Part shown: positions 42,316-55,300 of the stretch, piece after piece
Layout: the number at the start of each line of letters is the position of its first letter
How positions within the stretch are numbered: position 1 is the stretch's first letter
NCBI RefSeq assembly: GCF_009914755.1
Contig: NC_060926.1
DNA: 64,000 bases
Strand: one strand, 5' to 3'
From: the human T2T-CHM13v2.0 reference genome, Homo sapiens
Notes under the pieces: generated by a model
Told to the model about the DNA's origin: nothing
Database searches by the model: none
What the model saw: only the letters and a program-made list of their open reading frames with translations
Translations under genes and position numbers: made by a program

Positions 42316-43299
42316 ACTATACTTCTTTCAAACTAAGTATAACATGCAAGAAAAAATCATATATGACTTAAAAGCAAAATTTTATAGATATTAATAATTC
42401 CTTCATATTAAAGGGCATTTATATAATATTTCACCAAAAAGGAGCCTATGGAAGGAGACTGGACTTAGAAGTCCCGCTAAGTCAGAAAATTTTTAATGCA
42501 CATATACACCTGGTGCACAAGACTGAAAATCAATTGAGGAAGCTCATCTCCTCAATATATCAAGAAATTTGGACATTTTTCAAAAAGACAATAGTCTTTT
42601 CCCGGGAAACTCTCTGTTTCCCGGAGAGAGGAAAGGGAAATACGTTTCTTAAAAAGTCTGTTCAGGTTGGGTGAGACTTTAGAAGAGCTTTCTGTCTGCC
42701 AAAATGGGTTCCCAAAAAGGTTTATAAAAATTGTTCTTCTAGAAGTTATGTTTGTATTTTGTTTTGTCTGATGTTGGTTTTTAATATAGTAGAATGCTAC
42801 AGAACTAGAATGCTTGGTGAATTCCTAAAAAGAGACTAATGGTCTCTATCATTTCATGAAGGCAATTCTGTCTTTGGAATAGGGTAAGAACTTAATTCAG
42901 CAGATAACAAAGTCACACTGTTTTTTCACTCACTCAGGATAGCTTTTGGAATATTCACAATGCCACTAAACAAATTCCAAACCTCTTTATGTACCATCTT
43001 CCCCTTTCCTGCACGGATTGTATCTTCACTGTAGATTTCACGTGGAAGTTTCCAAAACGAGAATGGCAATTTCAGACTAAAATGGCTAACACACGTGACA
43101 GAACCTCTCCTAAATTTTCATGAAAATTGCTAAGTGTCTATATGTGTGTTTCTATATCAATATGTACATAAATGTATGTGCATGTCCATGAGTATCTGTG
43201 TGTTTGTCAGAGATTTTGTGTGTGTATATGTGTGTCAAATGAAAATGAAGGTAGGCATAGGGAAAAAAAGTAGAAATTTAGTCTCAAAATTTACAGAGG

Positions 43300-44400
43300 A
43301 TCCCAAGGGGAAAAAAAAGAATAAAAAGAATTGGAGCAATAAGTAAAGATATAACTAAAGAAAACATTCCAGGCTTTTAAAAATGTCCTAAATACATGCA
43401 TATAAATAATTCAATATGTTCCAGAAAAAAAATAAGTAAAAAAAATCTATATCTAGAGGAATCCTTGGACAGTGTTTTTCAAGAATAAATAAGTTTCTTA
43501 TAAACATTTAGAAAAAATGTATTCTACACTTAAAGGAACAAAATTAAAGTTAGCCTCAGACTTCTACTTTGTAAATTAAATTGCAGAAGACAAGGAAGAT
43601 GCATACAGAATTTTGAAAGTAAATTTAATATCTAGAGTAATCTATTTGAAATGCATAATCGTATCTCCATATTAAAACTTCTCAAGGATTTTCATTGCCC
43701 TTATAACAATGTACCAAATTCCAACAGTAATTCACATGGCCATCCACCATCCACAACTGAGTTTTTACCCACTCTTTATAGGATTTATATGTCCCACTCC
43801 TCTTCACTTTCAGTGTTTTAAGTATACTGGTCCTCTTTCAGCCTCTCAAATTTGCCATCTGCTCCTACCTCAATGCGTCATTCATGGAGTTTCTGTTACT
43901 CAGAATATTCTTCCTCCTACTCTGCATTTCTGCTAAAATTTCAGGTCTCAGTCTAATGCAATTTTTTTAAAGTAAAAACGTTCGCTGATCCTCAAACTAG
44001 GTTGTTGTGTTGTTCCTTCTGAATTACATACCAATATAATCACCCTTATCTCTCCTTTTTGTCTTCATATCCTTTACGTTTTAAATATCTGCTACCTAGT
44101 AAATTATAAGCTCCAAGAGGGCATGGGCCATATCTGTCCTATTAACCCTTATAAGTCTAATATTTAACATTGTGCCAGGTACATAGATGATGTTCAATAA
44201 ATAATTGTTACAGGAATGAACATATTAATGAATGAAACACACAAATATTCTTAAACATTCAAGAGCTTGGAAAATACATTACCCATATGCCATTCTTTAA
44301 GAGTATGTGTGTATATGGGTGCACATTTCAGCCACTCAAAATATCAATCAAATTAAGAGCTCAGAAATGAAAACAACGTGCTGTAAAATTACCAGTGGTG
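43300..44400 (+). mobile_element. HAL1/L1M ORF1-like relic interrupted by L2
   Basis: aaaggaacaaaattaaagttagcctcagacttct...gcagaagacaa, resuming at about 44236 as attcttaaacattcaagagctt...acccatatgccattcttt. Confidence 0.45.
43640..44235 (+). mobile_element. L2 3' portion
   Basis: ttcaggtctcagtctaatg...tagaaattataagctccaagagggcatgggccatatctg...tgtgccaggtacatag...tcaataaat...gaatgaa. Confidence 0.75.
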
Positions 44401-44655
44401 AGGACTGAGATCAGTGAAATATGCATGTGCCTACAGAAGTATTGAAAACATAACACATTAAAGGCGAATAAATAAAATCCAATTTGAAGTTAGCTAAAAA
44501 TTATCAGAAATATCTATTAGTTATGGCATTATGGCTGATTTTTATTTTTTCCCATGTTCTTTTATATTTACCAAATAGTCTATAAAAATATGTAATATTT
44601 TTATAATTGAAGAATTACATATTTTTCTATAGAAGAATATACAGTGAAAATTGGG

Positions 44656-44823
44656 GACTAAGCACAGTAGTGCATACCTGTAATCCCAGCACTTTGGGAG
44701 GCTGAGATAAGAGGATTGCTTGAGCCCAGGAGTTACAGACCAGTCTGATCAACATAGTGAGACCCTTTCTCTATGCAATTTAAGTAAAATAAAATTTTTA
44801 AGTAAAAAGAAATTAGAAAAAAA
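44656..44823 (+). mobile_element. FLAM_C-like Alu left monomer
   Basis: cctgtaatcccagcactttgggaggctgag...ggattgcttgagcccaggagtt...gaccagtctg...aacatagtgagaccc, with A-rich tail and TSD-like gaaaattgggg / gaaaacttgggg. Confidence 0.9.
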
Positions 44824-45198
44824 GAAAACTTGGGGGAGGGGAAGACAGTTAATAAAATGGTCAGTGCATTGTCTTTGTCAGTGATAGGTTTAAGGACATG
44901 GCCCTTTGACCCAATTTTGACCAACAGAATACAAATAAAAATCTGCTGAGAGGGAGCGTTTCTGGAAAATATTTTCCTTCTTGATGAAAAAGGGGGGAAA
45001 TGGAAAAAAAAATCTTTGCTTCTTTCTTTGTCAATTTTAGATATGGCTATGTAAAAAAATTATCCCACTACAAAACATCTGAAAATTGCTCATCTACTAT
45101 ACTGCCAGAAAAAAAAAAAACCTCTATTCTTCTCTCATTATAAAGATTTGTTTATTTTTATAACATTATTTGGAATTTTTAAAGATAATTTAAGCTTT

Positions 45199-45801
45199 TG
45201 TTTTAGATTGCAGATTTGTTACATGGGTATATTCTATAACACTGAGGCTTGGGGTACAACTGGTCCTGTCACCAGGTACTAAGCATAGTACCCACTAGGT
45301 AGTTTTTCAGCCCTCACTCTTCTCCCTCCCTCTCTGTTCTGGTAGTCCCCAGTACTTATTGTCCCTATCTTTATATCAATGTGTACCCAGTGTTTGGCTC
45401 CTGCTTATAAGTGAGACTAGGCAGTATTTGGGTTTCTATTTCTGTGTGAATTTGCTTAGGATAATGGCCTCCAGGTGCATCCTGTTACTGCAAAGGACAT
45501 AATTTCATGTTTTATGGCTGCACAGTATTCCATGATATGTATGTACCACATTTCCTTTATCCAGTCCTTCACTTATGGGCATCTAGATTGACTCCATATA
45601 TTTGCTATTGTGAATAGTGCTGTGATGAACATACAACTGTATGTGTCTTTTTGGTAGAACAATTTATTTTCCTTTGGGTATATACTAAGTAATGAGGTTG
45701 CTAGATTGAATGGTAGTTCTGTTTTAAGTTATTTGAGAGATCTCCAACTTGCTTTCCACAGTGGCTGACCTAATGTCTATTCCCACCAACGGTGTACAAG
45801 C
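45199..45801 (-). mobile_element. L1PA15/16-like 3' fragment
   Basis: tttgttacatgggtatatt...ctgaggcttgggg...agcatagtaccc plus ORF2 tail. TSD atttaagcttt (45188-45198) / atttaagattt (45802-45812). Confidence 0.9.
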
Positions 45802-48420
45802 ATTTAAGATTTGGGAATTTAAAATCTTATTTTCAATCTACTCTTGTCTTACCTTAACTTTTATAAGATGCTCTTTAGTATGATGACTCCTACTGTTCTT
45901 TACACCTGAAAGGATTTAACCAGTTTTTATCCTGTGAATTTCAGTTTTTCAAGACCAATTCAGATATAATCTTCATTATAAATTATCTTTAACATTTTGA
46001 GAAATAAATTCTTTCGGATTTATTTTTTGTTAATCAGCCAACTAATTTCATTAGAAAACTCTTGCAAAGTATTAAGGAACAGGTAGTCCTATGTGCAATA
46101 AATATTCAAGAGATACAACTAGAAAACTTATATAGATTCTGATAATATGGAATAAAGATGCATTTTCTTATTCCTCTCACTAAGTACAACTAAAAGTTCT
46201 GGACTGTAAGACAAACATTAGTGAACTAAAAAATGGAAAGAAGAAGACACACTGAATAGGACCTTCAGGACTCAAGAAACAACATGGTGATAAGTTCCCT
46301 GGGTTTTCTTTATGCCTCATATATTCCAGAGTTGGACCTAAGAAACTGACAACCTCAAAGAAATAATAGCTGAAAATTTCCCAAATTTTGCAAGAGACAT
46401 AGCCTACAGATTTAAGAAGCTAAGCAAACCCAAAGCAGGAGAAATACTATGAAATCACACTACAAAACATAATAGTCAAAATTCTATAAACAAAGACAAA
46501 GAAATCCTAAAAGTAATGAGATAGAGACAAAAGCTTACCTATATTAAAAAATAATAAATCAGAGACAATGGATTTCTTATCAAAAACTATGAAAGCCAGA
46601 AGGAAGTGGCACAGTTTTTCGAATACTGAAAGAAAACAACTATCAACCAAGAATAATGTATGCGAGAAAATATCCTTCAGCAATAAGGGGAACTCAAGAC
46701 ATTCTCAGATGAAGTAAAACTAAGAGAATTTGTCTTCAGCAGACCTGTCCTAAAAGAATGGCTAAAGAAAATTCTCTTAACAGAAAATAAATGATAAAAG
46801 TAGAATCCTCGAAACAAGAAGGAAGAACTTTGTAAATAAAAATATGGATAAATGCAATATACTTTCCTTTTTAAAATTTTCCCAAATCATGTTTGACAAT
46901 TGAACCAAAATTATAACACTGTCTGATATGGTTCTAAATGTATGTCAATGAAATATTTAAAACAATGCTGATGGAAGAAATCAATGATCTAAAGAACAGG
47001 AGAGATATACTGTGTTTAAGGATAAAAAGACTTTACATAGTAAAAATATTAGTTTTCCACAAATTTATATGCAAGTGTAATGCAATTCCTATTAAAATCC
47101 TTGCTCATTTTTCATAGATATAGACAAGATTATTCAAAAAATAATATGAAAAGGCTAAAGAAGTGGAATAGTTAAAAACAAATTGCAAAAGAAAAATAAT
47201 GGAAGAGTAAAGAGTCTACCTGATTTTAAGACTTTTTGTCTGGCTGCAGTAGTCAAGACTGTGTGATACTAATGGAGCAATCTACACACAGATCAATAGA
47301 ACAGAAGAGAGAAACCATAAAGAGATCAACACAAATATGTCCAATTGAATTTTGACAAAGAAGCAACAACCAATGGAGTCTTTTCAACAAAAGGTGCCAG
47401 AACAACTGGACATTCATAGGCAAAAATAATAGTAATCTTGTCATAAACCTTACACCTCACACTTATACAAATTTGCGTAACCTTGCACCTTACACAGATT
47501 AACTCAAAATGCATCACAGACTTAAAGGTAAATTGTACAAGTATAAAATTTGGGGGAAAAAATTACAGGAGAAAATATTTGGGCTCCAGGTCTTGGCAAA
47601 GTGTTTTTAGACTTGACAACAAAGCATATATATAAAGAGAAATATTAATAAATTAGACCATGAAAGTTAAAAACTTTTGCTCTGAGAAAAAACTATATTA
47701 AGAGAGTGAAAAGACAAACTACACACAGGAAGTAGGTATTTGTAAACCACATATCAGACAAAGAACTAGTATCTATAATAGTATATATATAAAGAACTAT
47801 CAAAACTCAATAGTAAAAAAAGCTGAAATCAAACAATACAACTAGAAAATAGGCACAAATGAGTGAACAAATAGTTCACCAAAGAAAGTAAATAGATAGC
47901 AAATAAGCATATGAAATTATGTCCAATATAATTAGCTATAGGGAACATGCAAATTAAAACAACAAGACATTATTACATGCCTATCAGAGTGGCTGACATT
48001 GAAACAGAAAGTGATAGCAGTAAATACTGGCAAGGATAACAAGATACTTGATCACTCACATGCTGCTGGTGGAGTTATGAAACGGTGTAGTCACTCTACA
48101 AAACAATTTGGCAGTTTCTTTAAAAAAACTAAACATGCAACTGTTATACAACCAAGGAATTTCAGCCACTTGCATTTATAACAGAGAAATGAAAACTTAT
48201 GTTCATGCAAAACCTTTATACAACTGTTCATAGTAGCTTGTTTGTAATAGCCAAAACTTGGAAACAACTCAGATGTCCTTTCACTGGGTGCATAATAATT
48301 AAAAGAACTGATGCACACCTATCATACACTGCTATTAAGCAATAAAAAGGAACAAATTATTGATAAACACAGTAACCTGTAGGAATCTCCAGAAAATTAT
48401 CCTGAGTAAAAAAGCCAATC

Positions 48421-49200
48421 CTAGACATAGACAATGTGGTACATTTACACCATGGAATACTATGCAGACATTAAAAAGAACGAAACCATGTCTTTGCAGC
48501 AACACAGATGGAGCTGGAGGCCATAATCCTAAGTGAACTAATTTAGAAACATAAAATCAAATATCACATGTTCTCACTTATAAGTGGGAGCTGAACAATG
48601 GGTGCGCATGAACATAAAGATAAAAATAATAGACACCGGGGCTTCCAAAATGGGAGATGGTGGGAAGGGGATAAAGGTTGAAAAATTATCTTTTGGGTAC
48701 AATGTTCAGTATTGGGGTGATAGGTATACTAGAAGCCCAATCTCCACCAGTATGCAATATACCCATTGATATGATTTGGCTGTGTCCCCACCAAATCTCA
48801 TATTCAATTGTAATCCCCATAATCCCCATGTGCCTAGGGAGAGACCTGGTGGGAAGTGATTGGATCATGAGGGTGGTTTTTCCCCATGCTATTCTCATGA
48901 TAGTGAGTTCTTACGAGATCTGGCAGTTTTATAAGGTGCTCTTCCCCCTTCACTCCTCACTCTTCTCTCTCCTGCAGCCATGTGAAGAAGATCCTTACTC
49001 TCCTTTTGCCTTCCACCATGATTGTAACTTTCCTGAGGCCTCCCCAGCCATGTGGAACTGTGATGCAATTAAACCTCTTTCCTTTATAAATTACCCAGTC
49101 TTGGGCAGTTCTTTATAGCAGTGTGTGAACAAATTAATACATCCATGTAACAACACACAAAAAAAGAAATAAAATGGGTATTTTAAAATAATTTTAAAAA
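48421..49200 (+). mobile_element. L1PB-like 3' fragment nested in the L1MD
   Basis: atgtggtacatttacaccatggaatactatgcag...gttgaaaaattatc...actagaagccca...gcaatatacccat(g)taaca. Flanking duplication aaaaagccaat / aaaaagtcaat. Confidence 0.85.
48767..49141 (+). mobile_element. THE1 (THE1C/D-like) MaLR solo LTR
   Basis: tgatatgatttggctgtgtccccaccaaatctc ... ttctttatagcagtgtg...taataca, with 5-bp TSD cccat / tccat. Confidence 0.95.
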
Positions 49201-49877
49201 GAAAAAGTCAATATCAAAAGTTTATATACTCTATGATGCCAGTTATAAAACATTCTTAAAATGACAAAGTTATAGAAATGGAGAATGGATTAGTTGTTAT
49301 TAGGGATTAAGAAGGAAGTGGGGGCAAGAGGGAAGTGGGGACAGGTGGGAAGTGGGTATGGCCACAAAAGTGCAACACAAGGGATCTTTGTGGTACTGGA
49401 GATGTTCTTTACCTTGGCTGTAACAATGTCAATATACTGGTTTTTATATTGCAGTATAGTTTTGCAAAATGTTAACGTTAGAGAAACTGAAAAATGAGTG
49501 CATGGATTCATTGCACGTAAATGTACAAGTATTTCAAAATAAAAAGTTTACTTAAAAAATACATATATGTAAAACTTTCCATAATAAACCCTGATAACAA
49601 TATCTAACAAAAAGCAATGAATAAGAAAATTCATTCATGAATATAAATACAATCCTAGGTTAAAATACCATCAAATCTAATTCAAAAGAACATTAAAGTA
49701 ATTCTTTCTCATCTTAGCAAAGGATTTATTTTATGACTATGAAGAGTTTGATATTAGGATATGTAGTAAGCAGGATCATGATATTAATAAGCTTTAAAAT
49801 GTTATTATCCCAGCAGTTTCCAAATAGGCATTCAACAAAATCTAACATCTATTACTTATTTAAAAAAAAAAAAAGGT

Positions 49878-50228
49878 ATGGCAGAGACTGTTACTATTCA
49901 TCAAACATTTATTTGCTCCACAATCTTTCTCAGTCCCTTGAATCTAAGTGGTCTAGGGATATGACTAATTCTTACCAATTAAACACTGGAAGAAAGAAGA
50001 ACAGGTGTGCTCTCTCCACATGCAATCTCATGCAGGTGGTTGAAAGAAAAAAAGAGCTGGTGGAGTTAGAATTTGGAAGCAGGCTGGGCCCCTGGGACAC
50101 TGTTTGGGAAGAAACTATTACATACTATGACATGAGCAAGGGATAAACCTTCGTTGTATTAAACCATAGAGATTTCACAGTGCTTTTGTTATTGCAGCAT
50201 AGCCTTGTGTTACCTGCAACTAATATAA
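49878..50228 (+). mobile_element. MLT1 (I/J-like) LTR
   Basis: tatggcagagactg...atgactaattcttaccaat...gacatgagcaagggataaaccttcgttgtattaaacca...ttgttattgcagcatagcc...actaatata. Confidence 0.65.
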
Positions 50229-50534
50229 CTGATACAACTCTTCTGAATCAAAAGACAGAATCACATTTAATATTTTCCAAACCAAAATTCCATAGAATGA
50301 TTGCTCTGAGATCTTTGGAAAAATGGTGCCCTGCATACCTGATCTCTCCTTTAATCATTTTCAGCACACATTTGCATATTAAAGGCTCTGAGAAGTCCTG
50401 TAGAAAAAATTTGTATCTTTGTTGAATTCAACATTTCACAAACTTATTTCACAATTTCATCTTTTAAATAGTGAAACACCTATTGACCAATGAAATTGTA
50501 TTCTATAGCACAAATTGAAGAAAATAAGGCACTT

Positions 50535-50644
50535 GTGCTCGTTTTGACAGCATATATACTAAAATTAGAATGATACAGAGAAGATTCGCATGTCCCCTGT
50601 GCAAGGTTGATATACAAATTTGTGAAACATTCCATATTTTTTTT
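50535..50644 (+). pseudogene. U6 snRNA retrocopy (RNU6-type pseudogene), full length
   Basis: Colinear with U6 (gtgctcg...atatactaaaatt...gatacagagaagatt...gcaagg...caaatt.gtgaa...ttccatattttt), about 16 substitutions by manual alignment. Ends in a T-run plus A-rich tail. No PSE/TATA recognised upstream. Confidence 0.95.
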
Positions 50645-50744
50645 AATGAAAAAAGAAGAAAGGGTATTTTTTTTAAAAAAGAGAAAATACAGCACTGGAA
50701 GCATTTTTATGAGATTCAAAAACAGACCAAAATAGCCACAGTTT

Positions 50745-51120
50745 TTGCTGACTAGAGTTTATATTCAAAGACTTTTTATCATAGCTTTATTTATAGTATA
50801 AAACAAACAACAGATAAATGCATATCTCTAGGCAGAGATATATTTAAGCAATAAATATAAAATGAATTAATAGCGTTTTAAAATAGCATTGAATTCCTGA
50901 AAAATTCATATATTGCTGGATTAAGAAAGTGGGATATAAAATTATACATATAGTATAGGGCAGGTCAACATACACATATACTCACACCCAGACAAAGAAA
51001 TACACCAAAATATTAATAGTAGTTATCTCTGGAGGCCAGAATCAGAGGTAATCTTTCATTTTATTCTTCATACTTTTTAATATTTTAATCAGAAATATTA
51101 AACATTATTTTTAAAAGAAA
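50745..51120 (+). mobile_element. L1ME 3' fragment
   Basis: tattcaaagactttttatcatagctttatttatagta...gaaatacaccaaaatattaatagtagttatctctgg. Confidence 0.6.
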
Positions 51121-51501
51121 TATAGAAAAAGAACAGTTTCTTACAAAATGTCTGCTTTGTCTTTCAGCTAGCACCTTATTATTAAAATGCTGATTGAGGA
51201 GTAATAATCTCTTTCAGCAAGTAACATCTCATATTCATGCAAAAATAATCTTAATACTATTTTTAATAAGAAAAATGTGCTCAAGTTGAACAGTTTTTAT
51301 CAAATACTTGATGTGAGTATGTAAAGGAGAACTTGACTTCGTAAAAACTGTACTATAAAACAAAATGTTATAATCGCTGATAAGATTTGGATAGGAAAAG
51401 AGAGTCTGGGGGCTGGCAGCCAGAAGAGTGGCCTGAAGCTCCAGGGAGTTCATCCCTAGAGTGTGGCCTAGAGGCAGGTAGCAATGTTGTCCAATAGAGT
51501 C

Positions 51502-51534
51502 CCACCATCACCACCACCATCACCACCACCATCA
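51502..51534. repeat. (CAC/CAT)n trinucleotide repeat
   Basis: ccaccatcaccaccaccatcaccaccaccatca. Confidence 0.9.
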
Positions 51535-52365
51535 ATAACATACACACAGACGCATGCACACACCTTCACACTTCACAATGCAAGTTTCTTGAAAGGCCCT
51601 TTTCTTTTTTTATTCTATGCCTTCCTTAAAGTTTGCAGCTGCCCATTTCCTCCTTCCAGGATTTTCTCTATCTAAAATTCCTCTGTTAAAATAAATATCT
51701 GAGAGAGCTTTCACTGCATCATTTCCAAGACAAATTTATGGCCAGTAGTAGAATCACTAGGAGTTAACTCACTGACTACTTTATCATCTTCATTGTATAA
51801 AAGTGGTTGCCTCATGGGTTACAATGATGAATAAATGGCATTAATTAAATGTGCTATATAATTGTTCATCATTGTTAATTAAAGTTTTTCCCAACTATTT
51901 TGATTCTATGTGATCTATTATCACTAAAAAATACTATTCTGTTGTGTCTAAAAGAGTCCAATGGGAGCTTACATAGCAGAGTAAAAAAAGTTTGTCTCCA
52001 TGGACAAGTTGTAAAAATATACTCGTTTTTTTTTATTTTAAATTGCCCATTGACCTTTCTAAATCCTAGACTGGAGGCGACCATTTCCATTTTTGAAAGG
52101 TCACTTATGACATTGCGAGTATGTGGTTGGTAAAGCACTTTTTTTTTAACTGTAAGTTTTGGGATACAAGTGCAGAATGTGTATGTTTGTTACATAGGTA
52201 TACACGTGCCATGGTGGTGTGCTGCACCTATCAACCCATCATCTAGGTTTTAAGCCCTGCATGCATTAGCTATTTGTCCTAATACTCTCACTTCCTTCTT
52301 CCCTCAACCCCTGACTGGCCCCAGTGTGTGCTGTTTCCCTCCCTGTGTCTATGTGTTCTCATTGT

Positions 52366-55300
52366 TCAAGCCGCACTTATAAGTGAGAACATGCAGTGTT
52401 TAGTTTTCCATTCCTGTATTAGTTTGTTGAGAATGATGGCTTCCAGCTTCAACCACGTCCCTGCAAAGGACATGATCTCATTCCTTTTTATGGCTGCATA
52501 GTATTCCATGGTGTACATGTACCACATTTTCTTTATCAAGTCTATCATTGATGGGCATTTGGGTTGGTTCCATGTCTTTGATATTGTAAATAGTGCTGCA
52601 ATAAACATACCTGTGCATGTGTCTTTATAGTAGAATGATTTGTATTCCTTTGGGTGTATACCCAGCAATGGGATTGCTGGGTGAAATGGTATTTCTGGTT
52701 CTAGATCCTTGAGGAGTCACCACACTGTCTTCCACAATGTTTGAACTAATTTACATTCCCACCAACAGTGTAAAAACATTCCTATTTCTGTGCAGCCTTG
52801 CCAGTGTCTATTGTTTCCTGGCCTTTTAATAATCACCATTCTGACTGGTGTGAGATTGTATCTCAATGTGGTTTTGATTTGCATTTCTCTAATGATCAGT
52901 GATGTTGAGCTTTTCTTCATATGTTTGTTGGCTGCATAAATGTCTTCTTTTGAGAAGTGTCTGTTCATATTCTTTGCCTACTTTTTGATGGGATTGTTTG
53001 TTTCCTTCTTATAAATTTGTTTAAGTTTCTTGTGGATCTAGATATTAGATCTTTGTCAGATGGGTAGATTGCAAAAATTTTCTCCCATTCTATAGGATCC
53101 CTGTTCACTCTGATGATACCTTCTTTTGCTGTGTAAAAGTTTTTTAGTTTAATTAGATCCTATTTGTCAATTTTGGCTTTTGTTGCCATTGCTTTTGGCA
53201 TTTTTGTCATGAAGTCTTTGCCGAGGCCTACGTCCTGAATGGTATTGTCTAGGTTTTCTTCTAGGGTTTTTATGCTTTTTGGTTTTACATTTAAGTCTTT
53301 AATCCATCTTGAGTTAATTTTTGTATAAGGTGTAAGGAAGAGGTCCAGTTTCAGTTTTCGGCATATGTCTAGCCAGTTTTCCCAGCACCATTTATTAAAT
53401 AGGAAATCCTTTCTTCACTGCTTATTTTTGTGAGGTTTGTCTAAGACTAGATGGCAGTAGATATGTGGTGTTATTTCTGTTGTTTCATTGGTCTATATGT
53501 CTGTTTTAGTACCAGTACCATGCTGTTTTGGTTACTGTAGCCTTGTAATATAGTTTGAAGTGAGGTAGTGTGATGACTCTAGCTTTGTTCTTTTTGCTTA
53601 GGATTATCTTGGCTATACAGGCTCTTTTTGGTTCCATGTGAAATTTAAAGTAATTTTTTCTAACTCTGTGAAGAATGTCAGTGGTAGTTTGATGAGAATA
53701 GCATTAAATCTATCAATTATTTTAGGCAGTATGGCCATTTTCACAATATTGATTCTTTCTATCCATGAGGATGGAATGTTTTTCCATTTGTTTCCTCTCT
53801 TATTTCCTTGAGCAGTGGTTTGTAGTTTTCCTTGAAGAGGTCCTTCACTTCCTTTGTTAGCTGTTGCTATTGCTATTCTTTTTGTAGCAATTTTGAATCA
53901 GAGTTCATTGATGATTTGGCTCTCTGCTTGTCTATTTTTGGTGTATAGGAATGCCTGTGATTTTTGCACATTGATTTTGAATCCTGAGACTTTGCTGAAG
54001 TTGCTTATCAGCTTAAGGAGTTTTGGGAGCTGAGATGATGGGGTTTTAGAATCATGTCATCTGCAAACAGAGACAATTTGTCTTCTTCTCTTCCTACCTG
54101 AATACCCTTTATTTCTTTCTCTTGGCTGATTGCCTTGGCCAGAACTTCCAATACTATGTTGAATAGGAGTAATGAAAGAGGGCTTCCTTGTCTTGTGCCA
54201 GTTTTCCAAGGGAATGCTTCCAGCTTTTGCCCATTCAGTATGATATTGGCTGTGGGTTTGTCATAAACAGCTCTTATTATTTTGAGATATGTTCCATCAA
54301 TACCTAGTTTATTGAGAGTTTTTAACATGAAGGGATGTTGAATTTTATCAAAGTTCTTTTCTCCATCTATTGAGTTAATCCGGTGTTTTTGTCACTGGTT
54401 CTGTTTATGTGATGGATTACATTTATTGATTTGCATATATTGAACCAGCCTTGCATCCCAGGGATGAAGCCGACTTGATCGTGGTGGATAAGCTTTTTGA
54501 TGTGCCGCTAGATTCAGTTTGCCAGTATTTTATTGAGGATTTCTGCTTTGATGATCATCAGGGATATTGGCCTTTTTTGTTGTGCCTCTGCCAGGTTTTG
54601 GTATCAGGATGGTGCTGGCCTCATAAAATAAGTTAAGGAGGAGTCCCTCCTTTTCGACTGTTTGAATAGTTTCAGAAGGAATGGTACCTGCTCCTCTTTG
54701 TACCTCTGATAGAATTTGGCTGTGAATCCATCTGGTCCTGGGATTTCTTTGGTTAGTAGGCTACTACTGCCTAAATTTTAGAACTTGTTATTGGTCTATT
54801 TAGAGACGTAAATTCTTCTGGTTTAATCATGAGAAGGTGTATGTGTCCAGATATTTGTCCATTTCTTCTAAATTTTCTAGTTTATTTGCATAGAGGTGTT
54901 TATAGTATTCTCTGATGGTAGTCTGTATTTCTGTGAGATTGGTGGTGACATCCTTTTATCATTTTTTATTGTGTCTATTTGATTATTCTCTCTTTTCTTC
55001 TTTATTTGTCTAGCTAGCAGTCTATGTTGTTAATTTTTTCAAAAAACCAGCTGCTAGATTCATTGATTTTTTGAAGGGTTTTCGTGTCTCTCTCTCCTTC
55101 ATTTCTGCTCTGATCTTAGTTATTTCTTGTCTTCTGCTAGCTTTTGGATTTGCTTGCTCTTGCTTCTCTAGCTCTTTTAATTGCAATGTTAGGGTGTCAA
55201 TTTGAGATCTTTCTACCTTTCTGATGTGGGCATTTACTGCTATACATTTCCTTCTTACCACTGCTTTAGCTGTGTCCCAGAGATTCTAGTACATTGTCTC

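Larger units (their letters stand above)
46135..49560 (+). mobile_element. L1MD/L1MC-like element: 5' end, ORF1 and ORF2 remnants, 3'UTR; internally deleted and interrupted
   Basis: 5' end attcctctcactaagtacaactaaaa; ORF1 gaaaatttcccaaatttt...gaaagccagaaggaagtggcaca; ORF2 3' part; 3'UTR agggatctttgtgg...caatgtcaatatactgg...tcaaaataaaaagttt. Confidence 0.85.

Noticed and set aside
48678-49118. 146-aa ORF
   Set aside because: Spans an L1PB 3'UTR and THE1 LTR junction and has a non-ATG start.
49320-49356. G-quadruplex consensus (five G-runs); also the C-rich tract at 8940-8968
   Set aside because: These are G-rich tracts within L1 3'UTRs, an expected repeat feature.
49733-50146. 137-aa ORF
   Set aside because: Runs across old L1M and MLT1 remnants and a poly-A tract.
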